Origin: an uncultured Planctomycetia bacterium
GTDB taxonomy: Bacteria; Omnitrophota; Gorgyraeia; Gorgyraeales; Gorgyraeaceae
Assembly: GCA_964415355.1 (NCBI GenBank)
Contig: CAYPYS010000006.1
Coordinates: 752 to 64,751 of the forward strand
DNA length: 64,000 nucleotides
Direction of reading: 5' to 3'
Under the pieces are notes generated by a model. It was not told the origin of the DNA. It did no database searches and was given only the letters and a program-made list of their open reading frames with translations. Position numbers and translations under genes: made by a program. Positions 1 to 9,696 of this stretch are shown here, piece after piece (the first letter of the stretch is position 1; every line of letters begins with the position of its first letter).

Positions 1-776
1 CAAGGAATCGCAGAGTAAGATGGTATTCTGCAGAGCGTATCATGTCTGAGATAGAGATGCTGGTAAAAGAATTTGGAGTAAGAGAGATTTCTTTTTTCGA
101 TGATAATATGCTAGCTAACAAAAAACTTTTATCGCAGCTGTGCGAGCGCCTGATTGACGCTAGGCTGGACTTGACATGGAATTGTTACGGTAGCGCTAAT
201 TACGCGGACGAGAAGTTGTTTCGGTTAATGAGAAAGGCTGGGTGCTGGCAGATCTCGTGGGGAGTAGAACATGGAAGACAAGAAATATTAGATGTTTATA
301 GTAAGGGAATAAGGATCAGCAAAATGACTAATGCCCTTAGAGAGGCCAAGAGATCTGGTTTGCGAAACCGGGCATTTATGATGCATGGCAATTTTTTAGA
401 GACAAAAGAAACCGTAGAGGACAATATAAAATATCTTAATTCTTTACCCGTAGAAGATTTTCATGCTACATTTTTTACGCCGCTTCCTGGTACGATAGCG
501 TATGATGAAGTTGAAAAATACGGAAAATGGCTTAAGGATCCAGAAATATGGGAGAATTATGCCTGTTATACTACGTCGATATTCCTTCCGCGGGATATGG
601 AAGAAAAAGAGCTTGTCGAATCATTCAGCAGGATATACAGAAAATTTTATTTTAGACCGAGGGTCTTTTTGTATTTTGCTTTGAAGATGTTGCGTAATCC
701 CAATACGATGGCTCATATAACCAAGACAGCATTTCGTTTCATAAAGGTTTTTGGAAAGAAAAAGGCCAAACAATAA
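1..776 (+). CDS. B12-binding radical SAM protein, C-terminal part (5' end truncated by window edge)
   Basis: ORF is open to position 1. Its C-terminal FYFRPR motif is paralogous to the next two genes and to 27095..28585, whose intact sequences carry the CxxxCxxC radical SAM motif. Confidence 0.55.
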   Translation, partial: RNRRVRWYSAERIMSEIEMLVKEFGVREISFFDDNMLANKKLLSQLCERLIDARLDLTWNCYGSANYADEKLFRLMRKAGCWQISWGVEHGRQEILDVYSKGIRISKMTNALREAKRSGLRNRAFMMHGNFLETKETVEDNIKYLNSLPVEDFHATFFTPLPGTIAYDEVEKYGKWLKDPEIWENYACYTTSIFLPRDMEEKELVESFSRIYRKFYFRPRVFLYFALKMLRNPNTMAHITKTAFRFIKVFGKKKAKQ

Positions 777-777
777 T

Positions 778-2208
778 ATGAAAAAAATATCCAGGATTTT
801 ATTGATCAATCCGCCTCAGATCTCAGATGGAAAATTCCTTGACGGTTATCAAGGTACCAGGCCTGTGCTTCCACCGCTAGGGCTTGCTTATATAGCCTCG
901 TATCTAGAAAGACAAGGTTATAAGGTGGATATGTTTGATGGCATGGTAGAGTCGGCTTCTCCGCAAGAGATAGCCACTAGGACGCTTTCCTATGATATGG
1001 TAGGTATTACCTCTATAACATTTCAGGTAATTTTGACTTATAGAGTGCTTGAAGAGATAAGACGGCAGAATCCAACTATCCCTATTGTCGTAGGGGGTCC
1101 TCATGTTTCGTCTTTGCCTCTCGAGCCGATTGAAAAAGGGCTGGCGGATTTTGTAGTTATCGGAGAAGGCGAGATAGCGATGTCCCAGATAATAAAGGCG
1201 TATGAAAGCGGGGGAGATTTCTTCGCTATCCCGGGAGTAGCCTTTAAAAGAGATGGCAAGATTCATGTGCCTGATGACTCAGGCTTGGTCGATGATATAG
1301 ATTCTTTGCCTTTTCCTGCAAGGCACTTGCTTCCAATGGAAAGATATCGTACGAGTGCAGTGCGCACCAGGCGATTTCCTGCCATGTCAATGATAACCTC
1401 GCGTGGATGTCCCATGAAATGCACCTTTTGTTTTAACAATAAGCCTTATCGCAGGCGCGTAAGATTTGTCTCGGCACCTAAAATGATAGATGAGATGATG
1501 CAGCTTATAGATAAATACGGAGCGAAAGAAATACATTTTTGGGATGATAATTTTCTTATGAACAAGAATCGCATAAATGAATTTTTAAAAATTATGGAAT
1601 CACGCAAGTTATATATTCCCTTTGATTGCGAGGGTATAATAAATGCCTTTGATCCTGAAATATTGATGAGATTGAAAAAGGTAGGCTGTTACAGCGTTTC
1701 TTATGGCATAGAGTCTGGCAATCAAAGGATCCTTGATTTGATGGGGAAGCACACGACTATAAAGGAGATAAGAAGGGTAGTAAAAGAGACCAAGGCGCTG
1801 GGTCTTGATGTGAGAGGATATTTTTTATTTGGGCTTCCCACGGAGACAAGAGAAGAAATCCTCGATACTATAAGGTTTGCCAGATCGCTTAAGCTTACTG
1901 ATGCTACATTTTCTTTACTCATACCTTTGCCTGGAACCGAGATTTACGAAATGGTTAAGGACGAGTCGCAGTTTATGAAAGATTATTGGGATAAGCTTTT
2001 GCTTTCTGAGATAAGTTTTCCAAAGTCCCCTTTGGTATATTGTCCTGATGGAATAAAAGAGGAAGAGCTTTTGCATCTGCATCGATTGGCGTTCAAAAGT
2101 TTTTATTTCCAACCGCGCCAGTTATTAAATAAGATGTTCAGGTGTTTTAAGAGTTACGAAGTTTTTAAAGAGTCGCTTAAAGGGTTAAAATCTTTAGTTA
2201 AAGGATAG
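778..2208 (+). CDS. B12-binding domain / radical SAM protein
   Basis: N-terminal Rossmann-like B12-binding region (ILLINPP...LGLAYIASYL), CPMKCTFC = Cx3Cx2C radical SAM motif; ATG at 778 immediately after upstream stop. Confidence 0.7.
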   Translation: MKKISRILLINPPQISDGKFLDGYQGTRPVLPPLGLAYIASYLERQGYKVDMFDGMVESASPQEIATRTLSYDMVGITSITFQVILTYRVLEEIRRQNPTIPIVVGGPHVSSLPLEPIEKGLADFVVIGEGEIAMSQIIKAYESGGDFFAIPGVAFKRDGKIHVPDDSGLVDDIDSLPFPARHLLPMERYRTSAVRTRRFPAMSMITSRGCPMKCTFCFNNKPYRRRVRFVSAPKMIDEMMQLIDKYGAKEIHFWDDNFLMNKNRINEFLKIMESRKLYIPFDCEGIINAFDPEILMRLKKVGCYSVSYGIESGNQRILDLMGKHTTIKEIRRVVKETKALGLDVRGYFLFGLPTETREEILDTIRFARSLKLTDATFSLLIPLPGTEIYEMVKDESQFMKDYWDKLLLSEISFPKSPLVYCPDGIKEEELLHLHRLAFKSFYFQPRQLLNKMFRCFKSYEVFKESLKGLKSLVKG

Positions 2209-2227
2209 ATAGGTGGTATCAAGAATT

Positions 2228-3580
2228 ATGAGAGTAGCTATTATCAGACCTAGATATTATACGCATCTTGTCACGCCTCCTCTTGGTATGGGTTATGTCT
2301 GCGCTTATCTCAAACAAGCGGGTATAAAGGCAAGTATTATAGACGGCCTCAAAGAGGGGTTGGATAATGAGCAGCTTTTAAGGCGTTGCGAAGATGCGGA
2401 TATAGTAGCTATATTCTGCATGAGCGATTATATCTGGGATGTTATTGACATTAGTAAGAGATTAAAGGGTGCAGGGAAGACAGTCGTGATAGGTGGGCCT
2501 CATGCTACCATAATGCCTAAGGAGACTCTGGGACATACTGACGCAGACTATGCGATTGTTGGTGAAGGAGAAAAGAGCATGTTGGAGCTTGTGCATGCTA
2601 TAAGCAACAAGAAAGACCCTTCGACTATCCAAGGTATTTACTCGAAGGCAACGACAAGATTTTTACCCAGGGAGTTTTTTAATAACCTAGATGAAATACC
2701 TTTTCCTGCGTGGGAGGAGATTGACCCCAGGAGTTATCCGCCAGCTCCGCATGGTGCCGTAGTAAAAGCCTTCCCTGTTGCACCTATTACGTCTTCTCGC
2801 GGATGTCCTTTTTCATGTCATTTTTGCGCCAGCCCTAAGATATGGAAGCGTCAGATAAGGTATCGTTCTGCAAAGAATGTAGTGGATGAAATAGAATTAC
2901 TTGTAAAAAAATATCAGGTAAAAGAGATTCATTTTGAAGATGACAATCTTACCTTAAAGAGATCTCATGTTGAGGGCATATGTGAAGAGATTTTAAAGAG
3001 AAGGCTTAAGGTGTATTGGGCTACACCAAACGGTATACGCGTCGATGCGGTTTCAGAGGAACTTTTAAAGTTAATGAAGAGGAGCGGATGTTACAGTGTG
3101 GCCTTTGGCATAGAATCTGGTTCACAGAAAATACTAGACAATATAGATAAAAAGACAGACTTGAAGATGATGAATTCGGCCATACGAATGGCTCATAGAA
3201 CTGGTCTAATAACACAGGCCTTTATTATTTTTGGCCTTCCCGGAGAAACGCGAAAGACCATAGAAGACACAATAAAAATGGTTATGTCTTTGCCTCTGCA
3301 TAAGTCGCAATTTTTGCTCTTGGATCTCTTGCCCGGGTCTGTTCTATGGGATAGGTTTGGAAATGGCGATATAGAACTGTTCAAAAAAAGGAGTTATCAA
3401 GAGCCTGGATTTATACCTGAAGGCCTTACAGCGGATTATCTTATTAAGGCAAGGACCCAGGCATTCAGAAGGTTTCATTTAAGGCCAAGACAGTTTTGCA
3501 TGATCCTTAGAATGTTAAAGATGAAACAAATTGGGTATATTATGCAAAGGATGAAGGATTTTTATATATTCGGAAAATAA
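2228..3580 (+). CDS. B12-binding domain / radical SAM protein (paralog)
   Basis: VAIIRPRYY...PPLGMGYVCAYL B12-like N-terminus; CPFSCHFC Cx3Cx2C; C-terminal FHLRPRQ motif shared with neighbours. Confidence 0.7.
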   Translation: MRVAIIRPRYYTHLVTPPLGMGYVCAYLKQAGIKASIIDGLKEGLDNEQLLRRCEDADIVAIFCMSDYIWDVIDISKRLKGAGKTVVIGGPHATIMPKETLGHTDADYAIVGEGEKSMLELVHAISNKKDPSTIQGIYSKATTRFLPREFFNNLDEIPFPAWEEIDPRSYPPAPHGAVVKAFPVAPITSSRGCPFSCHFCASPKIWKRQIRYRSAKNVVDEIELLVKKYQVKEIHFEDDNLTLKRSHVEGICEEILKRRLKVYWATPNGIRVDAVSEELLKLMKRSGCYSVAFGIESGSQKILDNIDKKTDLKMMNSAIRMAHRTGLITQAFIIFGLPGETRKTIEDTIKMVMSLPLHKSQFLLLDLLPGSVLWDRFGNGDIELFKKRSYQEPGFIPEGLTADYLIKARTQAFRRFHLRPRQFCMILRMLKMKQIGYIMQRMKDFYIFGK

Positions 3581-3587
3581 CAAGGCC

Positions 3588-3628
3588 CTTAAGTTTACAT
3601 TTCAACGTTGTTGAAATGTAAACTTAAG
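3588..3628. repeat. 41-bp palindromic element (19-bp stem, GTT loop), copy 1
   Basis: cttaagtttacatttcaacgttgttgaaatgtaaacttaag read directly; perfect inverted repeat. Confidence 0.95.
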
Positions 3629-3641
3629 AAGATGAATTACG

Positions 3642-4844
3642 ATGAAGATAGCTTTAGTTGTAGATTGGCATTCGGAAAAGATGGGGTATTCTGATAATTT
3701 TTTACCTAAGGCCTTGGCTTCTTTGGGGCATGAGGTTCATCTGATAAGCTCTAATGGCCAGGTGTATTTTACCTCGTCTATTTACAAGGATGTCTTTGAA
3801 CCTTTTTTAGGGCCTCCGATCGTGGATTGCGGTGTGGAGGAACGCGATGGCTATACATTGCATCGTTTACCGCATGCTACTTTTAGAGGAAAAATGCGGA
3901 TAAAGGGCCTTGCGAAGAAATTACGCACGCTGCGACCAGATATAGTGCAAGCTGGCGAATTTACCTGTCTAACAACTTATGAGGCAGCATTTTTAAAGAA
4001 GATGCTAGGATATAAGTTTTTTGTAGAATGTCACGTGCACGCATCTGTTTTTCCTCCAGCTAATGGAATAGCAAGCGCAAAAGAGCGTTTTTATTGGAAT
4101 ATGTACGCCGCCACTATTGGCAAGATGGTAAACCATATGTCTGAGAGATGTTATCCCATAAGCACTGATGCTGCCGACATATTAGCTAAATTTTTTGGAA
4201 TTCAAAAAAATAAGATTGCTATAAGATCTTTAGGGGTAGATACGGATTTATTTAAACCTGTTTCTGATGAGGTTTCTAGGCAGAGACGTAGCAAGATTAG
4301 GAAAGAGCTTGGTTTTTCGGATTCGGATATTGTATGCGTATATACCGGGCGTTTCGAGTCATGCAAGAATCCTTTGTGTCTTGCGCATGCAATAAAAAAG
4401 CTTGCGGCTATAGGGGAGCCTTTTCGGGGTTTATTTATAGGATGTGGTAGCGAGGTTAACAGAGATAAGATATCGGATTCTTCATGCTGTATTACGCATC
4501 CTTTTGTTCCAGTGAAAGAATTACCCAAATTTTATCAGGCTGGCGATATAGCTGTTTGGCCTAAGCAAGAATCAACTAGCCAACTTGACGCAGCAGCATG
4601 TGGCTTACCCCTAATACTTAGCGATAAAGTAAAAGTAAAAGAACGCATAGAGGGCAATGGACTGACTTACAGGGAGGACGACATTGAGGATATGATTCGC
4701 CAATTGCTTGTTCTTCGTGATCCTGTATTACGTCAGAAAATGGGTGCTTGCGGTGCTGATAAAATGCGTAGGTCGTTTAGCTGGCATAACATTGCCAAAG
4801 AATACGCGACTGATTACGAAGATGCCTTGAGGAAAACAGGATGA
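3642..4844 (+). CDS. glycosyltransferase, GT4/GT1-like
   Basis: GT-B C-terminal region (GDIAVWPKQESTSQLDAAACGLPLILSD); weak N-terminal similarity. Confidence 0.5.
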   Translation: MKIALVVDWHSEKMGYSDNFLPKALASLGHEVHLISSNGQVYFTSSIYKDVFEPFLGPPIVDCGVEERDGYTLHRLPHATFRGKMRIKGLAKKLRTLRPDIVQAGEFTCLTTYEAAFLKKMLGYKFFVECHVHASVFPPANGIASAKERFYWNMYAATIGKMVNHMSERCYPISTDAADILAKFFGIQKNKIAIRSLGVDTDLFKPVSDEVSRQRRSKIRKELGFSDSDIVCVYTGRFESCKNPLCLAHAIKKLAAIGEPFRGLFIGCGSEVNRDKISDSSCCITHPFVPVKELPKFYQAGDIAVWPKQESTSQLDAAACGLPLILSDKVKVKERIEGNGLTYREDDIEDMIRQLLVLRDPVLRQKMGACGADKMRRSFSWHNIAKEYATDYEDALRKTG

Positions 4845-5929
4845 AAAAGAAGATTGTTATAGCAGGAGGGGCACGGCCGAATTTTATAAAAATAGTCCCG
4901 CTTATAAGAGAATTTAAAAGATATAAGAAGCATTTTGATGTTTTATTCGTGCACACCGGACAACATTATGATTTTACTATGTCAGAAATATTTTTTCAGG
5001 ACCTATGTATTCCTAAACCTGATGTTTTTTTGAACGCGGGATCTTCGTCTCATGCTATTCAGACGGCCAAGATTATGATGGGCTTCGAGAGGGTTCTTAT
5101 AAAAGAGAAACCTGATCTAATAGTCGTTGTCGGAGACGTTAATTCTACATTGGCGTGTTCTTTGGTTGCGTCAAAATTAAACATCAAGATAGCTCATGTA
5201 GAATCAGGGTTGAGGAGTTTTGATAAAACAATGCCCGAGGAGATCAATCGCATAGTTACAGATAGTCTCTCGGACTATTTATTCGTAACTGAAAAAAGCG
5301 GGATGGAAAATTTAAAGAAAGAAGGAATCGATAAAAAAAAGATATTTTTTGTAGGCAATGTAATGATAGATACATTACTGTTGAACATGCGCAAGATAGA
5401 CAAATCCGATATCCTTAAACAGTTTTCTTTAAGGCCTGATTCTTATGGCGTTTTGACTCTTCATAGACCCAGTAATGTTGACACAGAGGATTCATTTCTT
5501 GAGATATACGCTATTTTAAAATCTCTTTTAGGCAAAATAAGGATAATTTATCCTGTCCATCCACGTTCCATGCGAATGATGAGATCGTACGGTATTTTAG
5601 GCAAGTTCAAAAAGCTAAATAACCTTTGCATGACGAAGCCACTTGGTTACGTCGATTTTATTAAGTTGATAAAAAAATCCAGTTTTGTCCTTACTGATTC
5701 AGGAGGGATACAAGAAGAGGCTGCTTTTATGAGGACTTCCTGTCTTACGTTAAGGGAAAATACAGAACGGCCCGCTACTTTAAAAGGCACAAATTATTTA
5801 GTAGGTAGAAATAAAGATAAGATACTCAGACACGTGAAAAATATATTGAACGGCAAAATAAAAGATGGCAAAATCCCCGAATTATGGGATGGCAAGGCAG
5901 CACGCAGAATAGCCAAGATTCTAATATGA
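4841..5929 (+). CDS. wecB: UDP-N-acetylglucosamine 2-epimerase (non-hydrolysing)
   Basis: ARPNFIKIVPL...HTGQHYD...KPDLIVVVGDVNSTLA...AHVESGLRSFD motifs typical of WecB/MnaA. Confidence 0.8.
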   Translation: MKKKIVIAGGARPNFIKIVPLIREFKRYKKHFDVLFVHTGQHYDFTMSEIFFQDLCIPKPDVFLNAGSSSHAIQTAKIMMGFERVLIKEKPDLIVVVGDVNSTLACSLVASKLNIKIAHVESGLRSFDKTMPEEINRIVTDSLSDYLFVTEKSGMENLKKEGIDKKKIFFVGNVMIDTLLLNMRKIDKSDILKQFSLRPDSYGVLTLHRPSNVDTEDSFLEIYAILKSLLGKIRIIYPVHPRSMRMMRSYGILGKFKKLNNLCMTKPLGYVDFIKLIKKSSFVLTDSGGIQEEAAFMRTSCLTLRENTERPATLKGTNYLVGRNKDKILRHVKNILNGKIKDGKIPELWDGKAARRIAKILI

Positions 5930-6954
5930 TAGACACAGAAAAGACATTTCTAGAGATGACTAGTTCTTATGAAAATAGCAGATCAAAGGATATGACTTCC
6001 AAATATTGGACAGAGCTAAACAGGAAAAATATAGATCAATTGCAAAGAGAAGGATATTGCAATTTTAAACAAACCGTAGGTAAAAATTATTTTATATGGG
6101 CGACAAGAATACGAGACCCTAAGATTAGATACTTGATGAATAATCTGCCGCTTTCATGCGTGTCGTCGGCTTTTGCTAAGGCGCTTTTTTCAAAAAGACA
6201 TATATATTTTAGTTTAAAAGGTACAATCGTCTATAATTTTCTCAGTCTTTTGCTATGGGAATACACGATAAGAAAAATATCTTTTAACATGGTAGATTCC
6301 ATCGAAGAACCGCTGGAGGGTAACCCTCCTTGTGTCAGAGTAGGTCGTAGGATGATTTCCCAGGACTTGGCTTATTCCGTATTGGAGCTTAATGAAATGA
6401 TAAAAGGAGGCGTAGATTTTAATAGCATAAATACGGTAATGGAGTTAGGCGCAGGGTATGGCAGGACAGCGTATGTTTTTCTTAAGGCATTCCCGCATTT
6501 GAAATATATAGTAGCGGATATTCCCCCAGCGCTTTACATTTCCCAGAGGTACTTATCAGGTCAATTCCCGCATAGAAAGATATTTGAATTCAAAAATTTT
6601 AAAGATTATTCAGAAATCGCGGATGAGTTTGAAGAATCGCAGATAGCTTTTGTGTTACCGTCACAGTTGGAATTGTTGCCAACTAAGACAGTAGACATGT
6701 TTTTGGCTATAGATTCACTTCATGAAATGCTGCCAAAACATATAGAGTATTATTTTAATAATATAGATAGACTTACAAAAAAGTTTTTCTATTTTAAATG
6801 CTGGAAGATAACAGAGATGCTCTACGATGATATCGTGCTTAAGGAAACAGACTATCCTGTACGCGAGAACTGGTACAGGGTGTTTTGGAACGAATGCGAT
6901 GTGCTTACTTCATATTTTGAAGCGCTTTTCAGGATTGATAATGGAGGGAATTAA
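5926..6954 (+). CDS. putative SAM-dependent (sugar) methyltransferase-like protein
   Basis: LELGAGYGRTAYVF GxGxG-like motif; ATG at 5926 overlaps wecB stop (ATGA). Confidence 0.35.
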   Translation: MIDTEKTFLEMTSSYENSRSKDMTSKYWTELNRKNIDQLQREGYCNFKQTVGKNYFIWATRIRDPKIRYLMNNLPLSCVSSAFAKALFSKRHIYFSLKGTIVYNFLSLLLWEYTIRKISFNMVDSIEEPLEGNPPCVRVGRRMISQDLAYSVLELNEMIKGGVDFNSINTVMELGAGYGRTAYVFLKAFPHLKYIVADIPPALYISQRYLSGQFPHRKIFEFKNFKDYSEIADEFEESQIAFVLPSQLELLPTKTVDMFLAIDSLHEMLPKHIEYYFNNIDRLTKKFFYFKCWKITEMLYDDIVLKETDYPVRENWYRVFWNECDVLTSYFEALFRIDNGGN

Positions 6955-8171
6955 TGAAAGAATGCTTGGTTTGTAGAACGCTTATAGAGCCTTTTATGTC
7001 TTTCGGAAAGATGCCTATTGCGAACGGATTCTTGAAGAAAGACCAGTTTGGCGAGGAATACTTTTTTGAACTAAAGGTTGCTTCTTGTCCTGAGTGCGGC
7101 ATGTTTCAGCTTATAGAGCAACCTGACCGCACTAAAATGTTTAACGAAAACTACGCCTTTTTTTCAGGGACATCAAAAAATATGGCTGTTCATTTCCAGG
7201 AGTTTGCAAAACATCTGAAGGGCGATTATCTCTCTTCTAAAGATCCTTTTGTGGTAGAGGTAGGCAGTAATGATGGTATTATGCTGAAGAATTTTGTTGA
7301 TTCAGGAATACGTCACTTAGGGATTGAGCCGTCTGCTAATGTGGCCAAAGCAGCAACGGATAAAGGTATAAATACGATATGTAAGTTTTTTGACGAAGAA
7401 TGTGCCAAGGAGATCGTAGCTAAGCATGGTCAGGCAGATGCCTTTCTTGGTGCAAATGTCATGTGCCATATCCCCTATCTCCATTCTGTGATCAAAGGAG
7501 CCAAGATACTTATTAAGCCAAAAGGCGTGATGATATTTGAAGATCCTTATCTGGGAGATGTCATTGAGAAAACGACGTATGACCAGATTTACGATGAGCA
7601 CGTTTTTTTGTTTTCCGTTTCCTCTATTAAGAATCTTTTTGCGCGACATGATATGGAGCTGATAGACATAGAGCCACAAGAGACACATGGAGGATCGATG
7701 CGCTATATAATAGCGAACAAAGGAAAAAGGCCTGTGTCTGCTAGAGTCAATAGACAGCTGGAAGAAGAAAAGGCTTTGGGCTTGGATAGGGCAGAGACAT
7801 ATGATATGTTTCGCAAAAATTGTGAACGCTATCGCAATGAGCTTATGGGTCTTCTGCGTGACATAAAGAAAAAAGGAAAAAGGATCGTAGGCTATGCGGC
7901 TACATCAAAAAGCACTACTATAATGAATTATTGTGGTATCACTGAGGACCATATAGAGTTTATAAGCGATACTACGCCTTTGAAGCAGGGTAAATTCAGC
8001 CCGGGTGTCCATATACCCGTGCGACCATATGAAGATTTTAAGGCAGATTACCCGGATTATGCGCTTCTGTTTGCTTATAATCACGCTAAAGAGATTATGG
8101 CAAAAGAAAAGGATTTTATGGTCTCAGGCGGGAAGTGGATTACATATGTGCCAAAGGTGCAGATATTATAG
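6954..8171 (+). CDS. NDP-hexose C-methyltransferase-like protein (zinc ribbon + class I MTase + C-terminal domain; TylC3-type architecture)
   Basis: N-terminal CxxC...CxxC (CLVCRT...CPECG), central MTase fold (VVEVGSNDGIML), C-terminal extension; architecture recalled from the Methyltransf_13/14 family. Confidence 0.5.
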   Translation: MKECLVCRTLIEPFMSFGKMPIANGFLKKDQFGEEYFFELKVASCPECGMFQLIEQPDRTKMFNENYAFFSGTSKNMAVHFQEFAKHLKGDYLSSKDPFVVEVGSNDGIMLKNFVDSGIRHLGIEPSANVAKAATDKGINTICKFFDEECAKEIVAKHGQADAFLGANVMCHIPYLHSVIKGAKILIKPKGVMIFEDPYLGDVIEKTTYDQIYDEHVFLFSVSSIKNLFARHDMELIDIEPQETHGGSMRYIIANKGKRPVSARVNRQLEEEKALGLDRAETYDMFRKNCERYRNELMGLLRDIKKKGKRIVGYAATSKSTTIMNYCGITEDHIEFISDTTPLKQGKFSPGVHIPVRPYEDFKADYPDYALLFAYNHAKEIMAKEKDFMVSGGKWITYVPKVQIL

Positions 8172-8185
8172 ATTAAATGACAGTG

Positions 8186-8226
8186 CTTAAGTTTACATTT
8201 CAACAACGTTGAAATGTAAACTTAAG
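8186..8226. repeat. 41-bp palindromic element, copy 2 (opposite orientation, AAC loop)
   Basis: cttaagtttacatttcaacaacgttgaaatgtaaacttaag. Confidence 0.95.
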
Positions 8227-8249
8227 CGAGTTGGGAGGGATTTTAGCTG

Positions 8250-8696
8250 ATGATAGAAGGTGTTGAGGTTAAGGAGTCAGTTGTACATAGAGATGGTAGG
8301 GGTTTTTTCTGCGAGATAATAAGGCGCTCGGATGATTTTTTTCAGGGCAGGTTCGGTCAGCTTAGCCATTCAATGGCGCATAAGGGAGTATTTAAGGCTT
8401 GGCATATGCATAAGAAACAGACTGACTGGATGTATGTTGCTACAGGAGATATTAAGCTAGCCTTATACGATACACGGAAAGATTCCAAGACAAAAGGAAG
8501 ATTGCAGGAGATGCTAATTGGAGAGACGCATGGTCACAAGGTCATAAAAATCCCACCAGGCGTAGCTCATGGTTACAAAATAATAAATGGACCGATGCAC
8601 ATCGTGTATGTGACAGATAGGGAATATGACCCTGGGGATGAATTAAGGATATCGCATGATGACCCGGAAATTGGGTATGATTGGGTGTCTGATTAG
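8250..8696 (+). CDS. cupin-fold NDP-sugar 3,5-epimerase / 3,4-ketoisomerase (RmlC/FdtA-like)
   Basis: 148 aa; WHMHKKQTDWMYVATG cupin motif resembling dTDP-4-dehydrorhamnose epimerase-like proteins. Confidence 0.55.
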   Translation: MIEGVEVKESVVHRDGRGFFCEIIRRSDDFFQGRFGQLSHSMAHKGVFKAWHMHKKQTDWMYVATGDIKLALYDTRKDSKTKGRLQEMLIGETHGHKVIKIPPGVAHGYKIINGPMHIVYVTDREYDPGDELRISHDDPEIGYDWVSD

Positions 8697-8700
8697 ATCT

Positions 8701-9696
8701 ATGGCTAAAAAAAGTAATAATTATTATAAAAATAAAAACATACTTATTACGGGCGGAAGTGGATATCTAGGGAGTTCTCTTGTAAACGCGTTAAGCCTTA
8801 TTCCGTGCAGGATTACTGTTTTAGACCTGAAACCTGATGCCGTGCGCTCGGTTAAAGATCAGGCTGCAGATATAACATTCAAAGAAGGCGATATCAAGTG
8901 TGAAAAAATATGGTTTAAATACCTGAAAGACATTGATATTATTTTTCACTTTGCAGCCCAGACAAGTTCGCGTATCGCCAATGAAAATCCTATAAGCGAT
9001 CTTAGGAGCAATCTTTTGCCTGTAGTGAACCTTGTCGAGACATGTCATAAAAATGGATTTAAGCCTGATATAATATTTGCTGGCACTGTTACAGAAGCAG
9101 GCCTTACTAATAAGTTGCCAGTTAATGAGAATTTTAAAGATAGACCTATAACGGTATATGATATAAATAAACTCGCTGCCGAGAAGTATCTCCAGTATTA
9201 TGCTAATCAAATAGGAGGGAAGTCTGTGACACTAAGGCTAGCAAATCTGTATGGCCCAGGCACTGCTTGTGCTAGCGTAGATAGAGGCATACTTAACTTG
9301 ATGGTCAGAAAAGCGCTTAAAGGAGAAGGGCTGACTGTTTATGGGGACGGTGCTTTTATAAGAGATTATACGTATATAGATGATGTGGTAGTGGCATTTC
9401 TATTGGCAGGAATAAATATAAATGTTTTATCCGGAAGATATTGTGTTCTCGGTACTGGCGTTGGGCATTCTATCAAGGATATGGCAAATATGATCAAAGA
9501 AGAGGTTTTTGATATGACGAGAAAGGAAACCGTAATCAATTACGTTTCTCCAGACAAAGACCTTGCACCTATCGAAACCAGAAATTTTATAGCTGACACT
9601 ACTTCTTTTAAGGAAGCAACGGGGTGGGTTTCGAAAATAGATCTAAGAAGCGGTATTAGGCAGACGATAGATTATTTTTTAAAGGAGAAGATATAG
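8701..9696 (+). CDS. NAD-dependent epimerase/dehydratase (extended SDR)
   Basis: ILITGGSGYLGSSL Rossmann motif; YDINK YxxxK; ATG at 8701 directly after upstream stop. Confidence 0.65.
   Translation: MAKKSNNYYKNKNILITGGSGYLGSSLVNALSLIPCRITVLDLKPDAVRSVKDQAADITFKEGDIKCEKIWFKYLKDIDIIFHFAAQTSSRIANENPISDLRSNLLPVVNLVETCHKNGFKPDIIFAGTVTEAGLTNKLPVNENFKDRPITVYDINKLAAEKYLQYYANQIGGKSVTLRLANLYGPGTACASVDRGILNLMVRKALKGEGLTVYGDGAFIRDYTYIDDVVVAFLLAGININVLSGRYCVLGTGVGHSIKDMANMIKEEVFDMTRKETVINYVSPDKDLAPIETRNFIADTTSFKEATGWVSKIDLRSGIRQTIDYFLKEKI

Noticed and set aside
502-809. Small internal or overlapping ORFs (502..684 +, 621..809 -)
   Set aside because: They are embedded in the radical SAM gene frame and have no independent signals.
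8005-8190. 61-aa + strand ORF overlapping the 3' end of the C-methyltransferase-like gene
   Set aside because: Out-of-frame overlap within a well-supported CDS, with no RBS.
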